A stretch of 63,751 nt of DNA, counting the filler, from Octopus bimaculoides (Eukaryota): the NCBI RefSeq assembly GCF_001194135.2. It is 8 parts of 8 records of this genome, joined end to end, with 100 filler letters (N's around TTAATTAATTAA, not from the genome) between each part and the next. Parts side by side here need not be neighbours in the genome. Positions count along the whole stretch, not along the records: positions 1 to 25,284 come from NC_068981.1; positions 25,385 to 33,773 come from NC_068982.1; positions 33,874 to 40,832 come from NC_069008.1; 5 more parts are not named here. One strand, given 5' to 3'. The notes beneath the pieces are model-generated. The model saw only the letters and a program-made list of their open reading frames with translations, was not told where the DNA came from and did no database searches. The translations under genes and the position numbers were made by a program. Numbering within the stretch: the stretch's first letter is position 1; each line of letters begins with the position of its first letter. Shown here in pieces: positions 21,649 to 33,903 of this stretch.

Positions 21649-22927
21649 GTTACCCCCGTTTCAGCAATCCAATGGCACTCCATAAGATTTAAGCCGGTAG
21701 CTATCAACTAATTTTTATCTGTGCTCCCCTTTGATTATTGTTTTATTCTGGTGAACTCCAAAGACATTTGATTTTTAAAAGCTAGTTTTATAGATACTTC
21801 TTTCAAAATACCGATGTTGTTCATAACACATTCACTTGTGTAGTTGGACTATGCAAAACGTTAAAGAAACCAAACTGTTTCTTGCAATAAATAAATCTAC
21901 AGCGAAATTTTTTCATGAGCTCTTGAGATAATTCTGTGAACCTAATTTACTTTTTTGCTTATATGAATCCCCAAAAATCTTATATGAGCTTCAGGAGTTA
22001 TATAGACCCCGGCTGAGAATCACTGGTCCGTGAGGACATTCTGTCATTTCTTTTTCAAGAATAATGTAACCAGTGATTTCTCCTTTTCAAGCTAGATGTA
22101 GCCTGATTTGAAGGAGGCCGGGATGTTATTTCTACCAGGTCACTGACGCTCCATCGTTGGTTCATTCCGTGATAAAATAATCGAAGACTAATGTATAAGG
22201 GAAATGGGGTAGAACAGTCAACTGTCTGCACCAGTGAAACTCAATATATCGACTTCTCAAGAATAAAAGATTTGAGCTGAAAACGAAAAGCGATACTACT
22301 TGCAGAAGTAAAAAAATAGATACTCACTTCCGAAGTCTCTGGTTAATTAAAGAAAAAATAAGACATACAGTTCATGTGTAAAAGTCTAAACAGCATTCAA
22401 TTGTAAAACGGTGACGGGTGACTAAATTAAATAAAATCCGTAGAGAGCTTTCTGGTTTGCGTCTCGACCTTATCTTCTCTTCCATTCAAATTTCTATTAT
22501 CATGAACAAAAGAAATAAATAAGTCTCCTTTAATGAAATTCCTAATCTCTGAGGAGCTACAAATGCTATAAGCAATGATGTGACAACTAAGATTAGTGTA
22601 TTAGAATAATGAAAGTTTGTTTTTTATACATTAGTCAAATAAAGACGAGAAATAACTTTTGAAGGTTGTTTTTGTATTTTTTTATATATATTTTCAAACA
22701 AATGAAACTTTTGACCTCAATTTTTGCGGGGAAAAAAATTAGCCAATAAGGAATCCTTGAAGATTGTGATTATGGGAAGGGAAAATTCAACATGTTTAGT
22801 GCGGGGTCTAAGAGATCTAACATAGTAAGGGTGTTAGTAGGGATAATGACGGGTTGTTGAGTGAAAATTGTATGAGCTTATTCAGATAAGCGGTGGACAT
22901 AGCCATAGTAATATAACAGAGTGAAAG

Positions 22928-23130
22928 AAGGCGGTGAGCTGGCAGAAACGTTACCACGCCGGGCGAAATGTTTAGTGGTATTTCGTCTGTCTCCATGTTC
23001 TGAGTCGAGGTCGACTTTGTCTTTCATCCTTTCGGGGTCGATAAATTAAGTACCAGTTGCGCACTGGGGTCGATCTAATCGACTGGCCCCCTCCCCCAAA
23101 ATTTCGGGCCTTGTACCTAGAGTAGAAAAG
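22928..23130 (+). mobile_element. Near full-length Nin/Deu-like core SINE with 18-bp TSD
   Basis: Head ggcggtgagctggcagaaacgtta, core ctttcatcctttcggggtcgataaattaagtaccag, tail cctagagtagaaaag. TSD aatataacagagtgaaag (22910-22927) / aatataagagagtgaaag (23131-23148). Confidence 0.92.
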
Positions 23131-24880
23131 AATATAAGAGAGTGAAAGGGGAAGTAACCTGTGTGTAGCATGACGAATACGTTAGCCAAGATGTCTCGCT
23201 GGAATATTAAACCTGCTCCATTAGTTTACAGTTACTTTACTTTATAGATCCCGCAATGAAGAAAAGCAAAACTGATCTCAGCGAGATTTGAACGCAGAAG
23301 GTAAAGCACTATGACTGAATATCGTAGTCATAATGTCTGCCGCTCTAATGATTCTACCAGTCCGTTTCCTGTGAGAATGCTCACCCTTGTAGAAGCAATG
23401 TCTTGTAAGTGGGGAACAGTGCACCAATACATGTCTTATTTTATCTTTTCTGGTGGGTGTTAGCAAATAATCTGATGAAGTATGTTGCAGTATTAATTGT
23501 TATGTTCACTTCATTGCTGTAATTGATCGGTTTCTTTATGCTGTAAGATAATTGAAACCGCAAAGTTAATCAGACATATTGGAGACTAAATGTTTCTTAT
23601 CGTGTGTGACTAATAAAGTTCTTACGATTTACCAAAGTAATCGTGACGAGATATCAGAAGATAACATCATAACACAACCCTGTAGGAAGAACATAGATTT
23701 ACAAGCAATTTCCATTCTATTGTTACTAAACAAAATTAAATCGCGTGGCAAATATGATTCTTTTAATTTACTACATAGCAATACGAACTGCAATATGCAC
23801 AAATGAGTTTCTAGTACTAAACACAGTAAACAGGAGACTACAAAAGAGCGAGAAAACCTTTTAAAACTACGTAATTATTTCCAGGAGGTGGCGCTCGAGC
23901 CGTTTAACTAATCGTGTATGTGGGCTGATCTGAAGACTAATATTTTCAACGCGTTTCTTAACTCCACCTAACTGAACGTCAGAGAACTTTATCATCTAGT
24001 TCTGATATACCAGATAGAATCGACGTTTGGTAATTCAATAGATATCGATAGAATAGCTTTGCAGTTGAAAAAGCATAGTTATAGTAGAGTTAGTGTGATG
24101 GTTAGTTCTAGAATTATTATTAGTAGTAGTATTTGTATCTCATCAATAATATATCATTTAGTTGCTTTTTTTCTCTCTAATATATCATCTCGCTGAGATG
24201 GGGGTTTCTGAAGTGTATAATTCAATTTATAGGGGAAATAGAGAAAGAACATTTACAGGGAACAACAAGCTAGGGTTAATAAAATTGACACGATACTATA
24301 AAACTTTACTGAATTACCTTCTCTTGCATTTTCACGAAACTGCCTGTTATTTTCTATCGAAAGATACACAAACAAATGGTTTTCGATCATTAATATAGAA
24401 GATCAAACACACTGCGATTGCTATAGACAAGCTAACACGAGCAGAGAGCATGACGTGTCTGTGAGACAGATTTCCCTCATCGCACACTTTCAACAATCTC
24501 TATTAAATTGCAATACTATTCACATTTAGAACGTCCGTGAAGATACTGTTTTTCAGCATGTGATTACAATGTCACAATGGGTTTTATGTACATAAAGGAC
24601 ATAGAAATTTCATTGTACATATTGTGTGTGTACCTATGAATATTATTATATCTATCTGTTGCTATATCTCTATCTAGCTATCCACTAACGCGGACGCCTA
24701 CATGTGTGTATGTACATACGCATAAACGTGTATGTTTGAATCAATTTGGATATACAACTGCGTGTGTATGCGTGTGTGTGTGTGTGTGTGTGTGTGCATG
24801 GGGGAAGGGTTNNNNNNNNNNATATCCATACATACATACATACATACATACATACATACATACATACATACATACATACA

Positions 24881-24913
<33 letters not shown>

Positions 24914-25204
24914 GCACAAGCTCACGAACACAAACACTCACCTAAATATGATTTTCTATGTACTCGTACTGTATATTTATTCCTCAACATTACCCAGCTT
25001 GGTGATAAATATATTTATATATATTTATCAATATTATATATATACGCATAAATGTACGATGTACGCACGCACGTGTATATACGTGTCGGTGTATGTATCT
25101 ATGTATGTGTATATGTGTATATACGCGTGGGTCAATGTATTTATATGTGTGTGCATATGAGTAAATATATATTTGTAAATACGAGTATTTCGATTTGTTG
25201 ATGT

Positions 25205-25205
<1 letters not shown>

Positions 25206-25284
<79 letters not shown>
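25206..25284. repeat. (AGT)n microsatellite
   Basis: Direct reading. Confidence 0.97.
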
Positions 25285-25384
25285 NNNNNNNNNNNNNNNN
25301 NNNNNNNNNNNNNNNNNNNNNNNNNNNNTTAATTAATTAANNNNNNNNNNNNNNNNNNNNNNNNNNNNNNNNNNNNNNNNNNNN

Positions 25385-25416
<32 letters not shown>

Positions 25417-26289
25417 CTCTTTTACACTTACTAGTTATATATATATATGTGTATGTGAGTGTGTGAGCATGCGTCTGTGTGCCTATGTGTGTGTATGTGC
25501 GTCTGTATGTGTGCGAGCGTGTGTTTCAAATCTTTGAAGATGGGATAATTTAATGATATCAATATACTTCACTGATTTCTAACTTGAAGAATATTTGTTA
25601 GTAAAGAGATAAATCACTAAAATATACTCCTAAAAGGAAGCGCCGTTTCAACATTTTGGCTAACTGTATTATTAGTTTACATAGCATCTTTTGCAGAATC
25701 TCAGCTTATCGCTTTTAAATGTCTTCCTTCTGCTTCATATTGGGATACCAACATAAGTACTTTCACTAATTGGATAACTTCTTGAAATATTGATCTTTGA
25801 GCCAGATCACATTATTAAATATGCTTGAGTATACACAAACGGAGAGAATATTTACTAAATACACGTGAATATTCACTAAACATGGCTATGGCTAAAACTT
25901 CCCAATAATCCGACGCTCTTGGTCAACCAGAGGGGCAGTTGTCTAATTTGCAAAGTGGATCGTCGGATGTGGTCAGTATTCGTAAGGGTCGTGGTGAACT
26001 CGTTGGTCAGAGCCGTTGCAACACAACCCAGGTGAATGCCAACGTTAACACACGTAGAAGTAAGAACAAATACCGGAGATATTTTTCCTGTAATGAATGC
26101 ATTTGCGGTAGAATGAGATATTTCTTTCATATTTCTTAAACATCAAAATGCACAAGACATTTGACCCCTAATAATAATAACAAGGTTTATTGTCTGTCAG
26201 CTTTTTGTGTTTTGTGAATAATTTGATTTGTTACAAAACTAAGTACTTTAAATTTGATGGATCAGTATGGAGGTAATATAGATTTTATT

Positions 26290-26577
26290 GTTCTATATTT
26301 GAGAGATAAGGAATTATGTACGTTATTTACATTTGACGGATATTTGTCCTCATCTTGTTTGTTGTTAACACAATGTTTCGGCTGATGTACTCTCCAGCCT
26401 TCATCAGGTGTCCTACAGGAATTTCGTAACTGGGTTCTCATTCCTCAGGTATTTTTCCGGTGTTATTATTATTATCATTATCATTATTATTCATGTCACT
26501 GTTTGGAATCGAACTCGGATTCTTGGGGTTAGTAGCTTCCGCTCTTAATCACTACGCCATATGACCGTGGGCCCATG
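26290..26577 (-). mobile_element. tRNA-headed (Pol III) SINE-like element carrying a hammerhead motif
   Basis: Minus strand: A-box TGGCGTAGTGA (26549-26559), B-box AGTTCGATTCC (26505-26515), (AAT)n-like linker, then the hammerhead fold at 26367-26412. Confidence 0.75.
26367..26412 (-). ncRNA. Minimal type-I hammerhead ribozyme motif (stem III mutated in this copy)
   Basis: GACAC-CTGATGA-A-GGCTG-gagagtacat-CAGCC-GAAA-CAT-T-GTGTT. Canonical CUGAUGA and GAAA core, perfect 5-bp stem II, 5-bp stem I (GACAC/GTGTT with one G-U). Stem III reads ACAT, one CpG-type change from palindromic ACGT. Confidence 0.65.
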
Positions 26578-27339
26578 TGAAATGTAAATAATGTTAATAA
26601 TATAGATTTTATCATTTAACTGCTACGCATTTTATCGATCACGAAAAGATGAAAAACAAAGCCCCATAGGTATTAATATCAGACTTAGAAAATTATGAAA
26701 CTAAATGCCACCAAGTAATTCATTGACGACCTACCGACTGTATCAAGAAGTAGGTCTCACATTTTGCTTAGAAATATTACCAAATCCAAAATATAAGAGT
26801 GAATGATTAGGAACTCGTTAAAAGTGAAGATGCACCAATCAAATAACAAGGCATCATTTTCTTGTTTACTACCACAGACAATTGTTCTGCAGTAATTTTC
26901 ATAACAAAAGATACAAATAAAATGTCATTGATTAAAACTCATCACAATAATTTATGGTACATTGTGAAACTCTTTCATTTTGCACCGCATCTTTAGGTTT
27001 TACCGTCTCATACTAGCGACATACTCAAGACTTACAGTAGTTAGGATTTCTACAGATGGCAAATCATAAATAAGGAACGACTTGTTTGACAATGGAGAAA
27101 AATGCCGCACAGGTTGTTTTGATAGATAAACACAAGGGTTCGATTTCAAGAAGAATAAAACACTCGATTATGTTCACGTTTCTAAGTACTTTGGTTGGAT
27201 GGCAAAGTTAACTTCGGTGAGATTTGGACTAGTGATATAGAGAACCATTGTCTCCGACTGTCTAAGGATCGTTTCACCCCAAACCATAATAAGTGTTTCT
27301 AACATAGAGACAAGGCATGCAATTTAAAAGGTAGGGCTT

Positions 27340-27590
27340 TATTCGATTTAAAATGATCTCATTTTTGACCAGTATCTAGCTTATCCTTCCGTGAAAGATG
27401 AATTTCAAGGATGACTTTTGCGGAATTTGAACACAGACTGTTAAAAATGACACCATTTACGGAAAAGCAATTTGTCCAAAGCTCTCACGATTCTGTCATT
27501 TTACCTCCCGCTCTCATCCTGAATATGAGGAAAAGCCAGAAGCGGATTCGAACAAACTCAATCAAAACTGGCGGTGTTGTCGGCCATTTA
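27340..27590 (-). mobile_element. Highly diverged Nin/Deu-like core SINE
   Basis: aaagatgaatttcaaggatgacttttgcggaatttgaacacaga resembles 18540-18585. Confidence 0.45.
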
Positions 27591-27778
27591 CCATCATAAA
27601 TACTATCTAAATAAATATATATGACGATTACAAGTTGATAGACTCTTTTTTTTTATTTGCGGCAAATACATCATCATAGAGAAGATTTGAATTCTGCTCT
27701 GCAAACTCATCACAATACCAGCCGTCAATTCTATTATGCTGTCACTACTTACATTATTCAACTGTATAATCGCATGAC

Positions 27779-27952
27779 GTCAGGCTAGTTATTTAGAGCT
27801 AGATAGATGTAATCATGAATGATTAAAGTCTTCACTAACGGCATTGGGAATCATAACAGTGTACATACTGTCAACGTTGATTCCCTCTGCCGTTAGCGAA
27901 GACACTAATCATTCATTGCTAAATCTTTCTAGCTCGAAATAACTACCCTGAC
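27779..27952. repeat. Long imperfect palindrome/hairpin (~174 bp), MITE-like
   Basis: 27779-27861 pairs with 27868-27952 (e.g. tagttattt.gagctaga, atgaatgatta, gtcttc.ctaacggca, gggaatca, acagt/actgt). Confidence 0.85.
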
Positions 27953-29292
27953 CACATCAAACTTATTCCATTGTTTGAATTATTTGCTATAATCTCAACC
28001 ACACTTTTCTTTATTTAATACGACGCTTATCACAAGAATGCAATTGTTAAGTTTGTAGTTAGGAAATAGATGTTGCTGCTGTTTAACTTCAGAAAGATTA
28101 TCAGCAAATGAGTTCGAAACACGACCAACTCATCTAATGTTATATTACGCCTCAAACCATCAAATATATTGTATCTTTTTTTTAAGGAGGCAGCCTCCGA
28201 TTTCAGAGAGAATCGGTTTTTCTTCTAGCATTTCGAATTAGCATGAAGAAGTACCTGAATTGGCTCGTAGTTTAGTGAATATAAAATACTTAAATGTAAG
28301 CACGCCAGTGTTGTACATTCTATTTCTTTACATAAGCCATTATACATATACGTAATACAACTTTAAATATAGATGCGCAGGGTATGGATGTCTTGTTTGC
28401 AAGTTCGCATCACGGCCATCTGCTTTCATGTTCTCTTCTACAGCAGCACACTACCATATTTGTTTCTATATTTTATGAGTAACTGATGCCTTGTGTCTGA
28501 ATTTTGCACCAGAGAACTATGCTAAACCCGATTATATATATATATATNNNNNNNNNNNNNNNNNNNNNNNNNNNNNNNNNNNNNNNNNNNNNNNNNNNNN
28601 NNNNNNNNNNNNNNNNNNNNNNNNNNNNNNNNNNNNNNNNNNNNNNNNNNNNNNNNNNNNNNNNNNNNNNNNNNNNNNNNNNNNNNNNNNNNNNNNNNNN
28701 NNNNNNNNNNNNNNNNNNNNNNNNNNNNNNNNNNNNNNNNNNNNNNNNNNNNNNNNNNNNNNNNNNNNNNNNNNNNNNNNNNNNNNNNNNNNNNNNNNNN
28801 NNNNNNNNNNNNNNNNNNNNNNNNNNNNNNNNNNNNNNNNNNNNNNNNNNNNNNNNNNNNNNNNNNNNNNNNNNNNNNNNNNNNNNNNNNNNNNNNNNNN
28901 NNNNNNNNNNNNNNNNNNNNNNNNNNNNNNNNNNNNNNNNNNNNNNNNNNNNNNNNNNNNNNNNNNNNNNNNNNNNNNNNNNNNNNNNNNNNNNNNNNNN
29001 NNNNNNNNNNNNNNNNNNNNNNNNNNNNNNNNNNNNNNNNNNNNNNNNNNNNNNNNNNNNNNNNNNNNNNNNNNNNNNNNNNNNNNNNNNNNNNNNNNNN
29101 NNNNNNNNNNNNNNNNNNNNNNNNNNNNNNNNNNNNNNNNNNNNNNNNNNNNNNNNNNNNNNNNNNNNNNNNNNNNNNNNNNNNNNNNNNNNNNNNNNNN
29201 NNNNNNNNNNNNNNNNNNNNNNNNNNNNNNNNNNNNNNNNNNNNNNNNNNNNNNNNNNNNNNNNNNNNNNNNNNNNNNNNNNNNNNNNNNNN

Positions 29293-29337
<45 letters not shown>

Positions 29338-29499
29338 ATATACATTGGATGGTGTTAGGCTTAAATCAGTTTGTCAAACTGAATTAAGCCGACATATTCT
29401 CGGTCATACACCATACGCTCATCCTTTCCTGTTAAGAAAAAGAACAAACGAGCAGTGAGAATTTTTAAATGTCTCTGTAATTTTACCAAGTCACGACAT

Positions 29500-29820
29500 G
29501 TGCATATTGTGACAGCAGAACGGGCGACTATGACGTTCTAGGTTCGATACCACTGTGTGGCGTCTCTACAGCTTCAATTCAACCTAATTGTTTGGGGTGA
29601 AATTGAGTAGATGTAATATGTATGGAAAGTTCCAGATGAATTGTAGATGTATTCCAGAGGCACAGTTTTTTTCGACTCCGCGTCATACTCGTCTCACTTC
29701 AGAATTATGTAAATAGTACACCTGTCAGTAGTATGGTGAGCCGTCAAAAAGCTAATTCAATGAGATAATAGAATAGTGGATGCAATGATTGCATACTCAC
29801 CATCGCAACCGACGAAAAGA
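29500..29820 (+). mobile_element. Highly diverged tRNA-SINE
   Basis: B-box-like AGGTTCGATACC at ~29540; 3' end accatcgcaaccgacg resembles the SINE tail at 33235-33260. Confidence 0.4.
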
Positions 29821-31749
29821 GATTTACTTACTTATAAATACTACATATGAACTAAGTTGGGTTCAGAAATAAACTAAAACCACGCTGTTCTCCTATCTTC
29901 GTGATTCACTTATTTCTTATTCTTAAGACACTGATTAAACATATACGCTCATGTATCCTGTGATTTAATAACTTCCAGTACGGTTATAATGAGATTCAAT
30001 CCAATATATAAGATAAACAAACAATTAAGGGAAACCAATGAATATCAATAAACCAATAAGCTATATAAAACAACGAAACTAAATTAGAGGTGGCGTAGTA
30101 TATAACAATGTGAATCCAAAATGGAGGTTTTTTTCTGGATTTGAGAAACAAGCAAAAAAATTAAAATATCTCCGAACAATGAGTTTATCGAAAAACAAAT
30201 ACATCTCGCTTGTACTAATACTGAATATACATAGTCTTCTTTAACAAACACAATTCTGTTGTAAATTAGATTTTCAATTTGCAAAATGCAATTCTATTTA
30301 CATATGTACGTAAAATGATTTCCACTATGCATTAGTAAGAGTAACGTAATTATTCTGAGGATCAATACATACATACATACATACATACATACATANNNNN
30401 NNNNNNNNNNNNNNNNNNNNNNNNNNNNNNNNNNNNNNNNNNNNNNNNNNNNNNNNNNNNNNNNNNNNNNNNNNNNNNNNNNNNNNNNNNNNNNNNNNNN
30501 NNNNNNNNNNNNNNNNNNNNNNNNNNNNNNNNNNNNNNNNNNNNNNNNNNNNNNNNNNNNNNNNNNNNNNNNNNNNNNNNNNNNNNNNNNNNNNNNNNNN
30601 NNNNNNNNNNNNNNNNNNNNNNNNNNNNNNNNNNNNNNNNNNNNNNNNNNNNNNNNNNNNNNNNNNNNNNNNNNNNNNNNNNNNNNNNNNNNNNNNNNNN
30701 NNNNNNNNNNNNNNNNNNNNNNNNNNNNNNNNNNNNNNNNNNNNNNNNNNNNNNNNNNNNNNNNNNTATATGAATCTATATATTATGTTAATCAGGAACC
30801 ATAATAGAGTTTCTGGTTATCATGAAAAACTACAACGCAACAATGCTTTTATAGAATTATAAAGGAGAAAGAGTGGGAATATAAGAGAGAATACAACAAC
30901 GAAAAGAACAAAAAAAATACGTAGTCTTAAATATGTAAAAGACCTCATAAACAACAGAATTTGTTGACTCCTATTCACGAATACTATTTCACCTCTATTT
31001 CGCAATCACATTCTCTACATTATTTCTTTTCTTTTATCATGTCTGTATTATCTTCAACTCGATCTTTCTCAGTTTCTCCTTTTTCACTTTCCTGATCTCT
31101 TTCAATGACTTCTAATATCTTACACATTCTCACGTTGTCTTCTCCGATTATTCCGTTTTTATTGAGTCATATAATGCACATACTTCTTCATTGTTGTAAA
31201 CAGCAGGTGCAAACTAAATACAGTTTTATTTCAGCCGTTCCCTTCATTACAGGATGCATTATAATAACCTTTCACTCCGTCTACTATAGCTCTTGTTTTA
31301 GCAGCAAGACACTTATGTTTAATGTTTCTACCTATAATTTTTTTATGTTTTATGTTTTCATTTTCCTGTCCAGTTTCTGTCTACCAAAGTGTTGTAAAAA
31401 CAAATAAAATATAAAACTAAGTTTATAACATTGTCGATATCAGTGGATATACGTTGCTACTTGATTTAGGAAGCTGTATGCTGGATATAGATATACTTCA
31501 AAGTACAAAAGTCAAATTCTCTCTTCAAATATATATGGTAACACGAAAGTATCCAAATTAAAGAAATTTCCTCGATATATGATGTATATACCGCAATTCT
31601 AACTGTAAAGAAAAAAAGTTTGTTGGCGAACAAAGATATGAATATAAATGTTACGTAGAATATTGATTGTACATTCCGAACAATAACTATGTAAAAAATT
31701 AGATACAGTTTCAAATTAGAGAGGAACTGAATATGGGTAAGTGTACATA

Positions 31750-32300
31750 TTATTATTGACAGAGAGAGTGCCGTTAAAGGGCCATTAAAGTGACACTGGG
31801 ATAAAATATACGAAGGCCAGTATACCCGTCATAACTACCCGATAAGGGTACAAGAGGCACATGCATTACGACAAACATATGCGTGATACGGTAACTGATA
31901 TCAAGATAAACAGCATATGAGCCTGCAGGTAGGGACCAGTAAGAACTTTCTTCAGATTGAGTGGCCCCTCTCGGTCAAAAGGCCGCTGAATAAGGGTTGC
32001 TTCAGAATGTTGAACGAACCGCCTATGTTTCCAAAGGTGAATTATCCGAACCCCCAAAGAATTCCTCTCAACACGTGGCTATGATTTTCCCCCACTATTT
32101 CTGCTCGAAATCAAAGATACGCATATCTTCGGCCACCAAAGGATATGCTCAACTGTTTAAGGTCAAACAAATGACAAGCAAATCTGTAGTATTGAGCAGA
32201 ATATTTGCTGTAGCCCACCTTTTATACCAAGACAAAACAATGATAACACTTCCAATCAGTTAAGATGAGAAGCTATGAAGGTCGATGCCTGGTAGACGCG
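31750..32300. mobile_element. Unclassified GC-richer interspersed-repeat-like segment
   Basis: Sharp composition change from AT-rich flanks; bounded by (ATT)-like and (TACA)n simple repeats; no recognisable ORF. No second copy in this window. Confidence 0.3.
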
Positions 32301-32459
32301 TGTGGGTACATAGATACGTACATACATACATACATACATACATACATACTTACGTACGTACGTACGTACATACATACATATATACATACATACATATATG
32401 TATACAGGCTTCTCATATTAACTGATTGGAAGCGTTTATTATTATGATCAGAGCATTTA

Positions 32460-32460
<1 letters not shown>

Positions 32461-32533
<73 letters not shown>

Positions 32534-32880
32534 TTGGTTTGGTTAAGGTTCGGTCTTATTCCTGGTAAGATTTATATGAATAGTGGGTTACTACCTGTAA
32601 CCTTAGTTATTCACAAGTTTTCAGCAGTCTTTCCAGTGCTTAGAACCCACTTGTTAATCTTAAGAGACATGCTTAAGAGACAAACTTCCTGTACGAGCTC
32701 TACCGGGCCTTCTGATTCAATTTTCTTCACCCATTTATCCATATCTTGGCTTAATGTACCCAAAGCACCAATTGTTATGGCCACGACTTTTACTGTTCTC
32801 ATGCTCCAAATTCTTCCAATTTCGAATTTTAAGAGATTGTAGTTTTTTTGTATTTCTTCCTCTTTCCGATCCTGGAATCA
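32461..32880 (-). mobile_element. 3' end of an RLE-type non-LTR retrotransposon (R4/Dong/HERO-like) with (AAT)n tail
   Basis: KEEEIQKNYNLLKFEIGRIWSMRTVKVVAITIGALGTLSQDMDKWVKKI...LVQEVCLL is the typical RLE C-terminus (KY..L..EI..W...V.V..I.IGALG). It is followed by a short UTR and an (AAT)n run (32461-32531). Confidence 0.82.
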
Positions 32881-32953
32881 AACAGGCATGATGGAACGAT
32901 AACTAAGCAACGTAGCTATTCCTTATGCTTAACTGTTATATCTGGTCTATAAT

Positions 32954-33014
32954 TCTTCTTCTTCTTCTTCTTCTTCTTCTTCTTCTTCTTCTTCTTCTTC
33001 TTCTTCTTCTTCTT

Positions 33015-33080
<66 letters not shown>
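32954..33080. repeat. (TTC)n(ATT)n compound microsatellite
   Basis: Direct reading. Confidence 0.97.
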
Positions 33081-33082
<2 letters not shown>

Positions 33083-33260
33083 GCATATCAAAGGGCCAGC
33101 CTTATCACACTCTGTGTCACACTGAATCTTTCCGAGAACTACGTTAAGGGTAGATGTGTCTGTGGAGTGCTGAGCCACTTGCACGTTAATGTTCTCGAGC
33201 AGGCTTTTTCCGGTGATCGGATCAACTGGAACCATCGTCGTCGTAACCGACGGAGCGCCA
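33080..33260 (+). mobile_element. SINE 3' body
   Basis: Ends gatcggatcaactggaaccatcgtcgtcgtaaccgacggagcgcca; a related tail is seen in reverse at 1300-1360. Confidence 0.55.
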
Positions 33261-33632
33261 CGATATATCGTGTTTATTGTACTTACAAATATTTTCACAA
33301 AGTGGTTGCTCTTTACTGGATTGCGATATCAATGAACAACATTTTTTTTTCTTTTGTTATAGTTCTTTTTCACCACAATATGGTCGATTAGACTGAATTG
33401 CACTATCAGTTTAGATAATTACATCTCAGTTTAGATCTTCCACAATTCATTTACACAGGTGTCTAACACACTGGTTGCTGTATTTAGAGACACCTGCATC
33501 TGCATCAGTCAATGCCCTCCATCCTCTTCCGTTGGAAGTATTACCTGTGTGCGTCTGGTTTTGGTGATACTTGCAGTGCACTGATATACACTTGCTTATT
33601 CTATCAATGAGCCATATCATGAAACTACAGAA

Positions 33633-33773
<141 letters not shown>

Positions 33774-33903
33774 NNNNNNNNNNNNNNNNNNNNNNNNNNN
33801 NNNNNNNNNNNNNNNNNTTAATTAATTAANNNNNNNNNNNNNNNNNNNNNNNNNNNNNNNNNNNNNNNNNNNNATATATATATATACACTCACATTTATA
33901 TAT

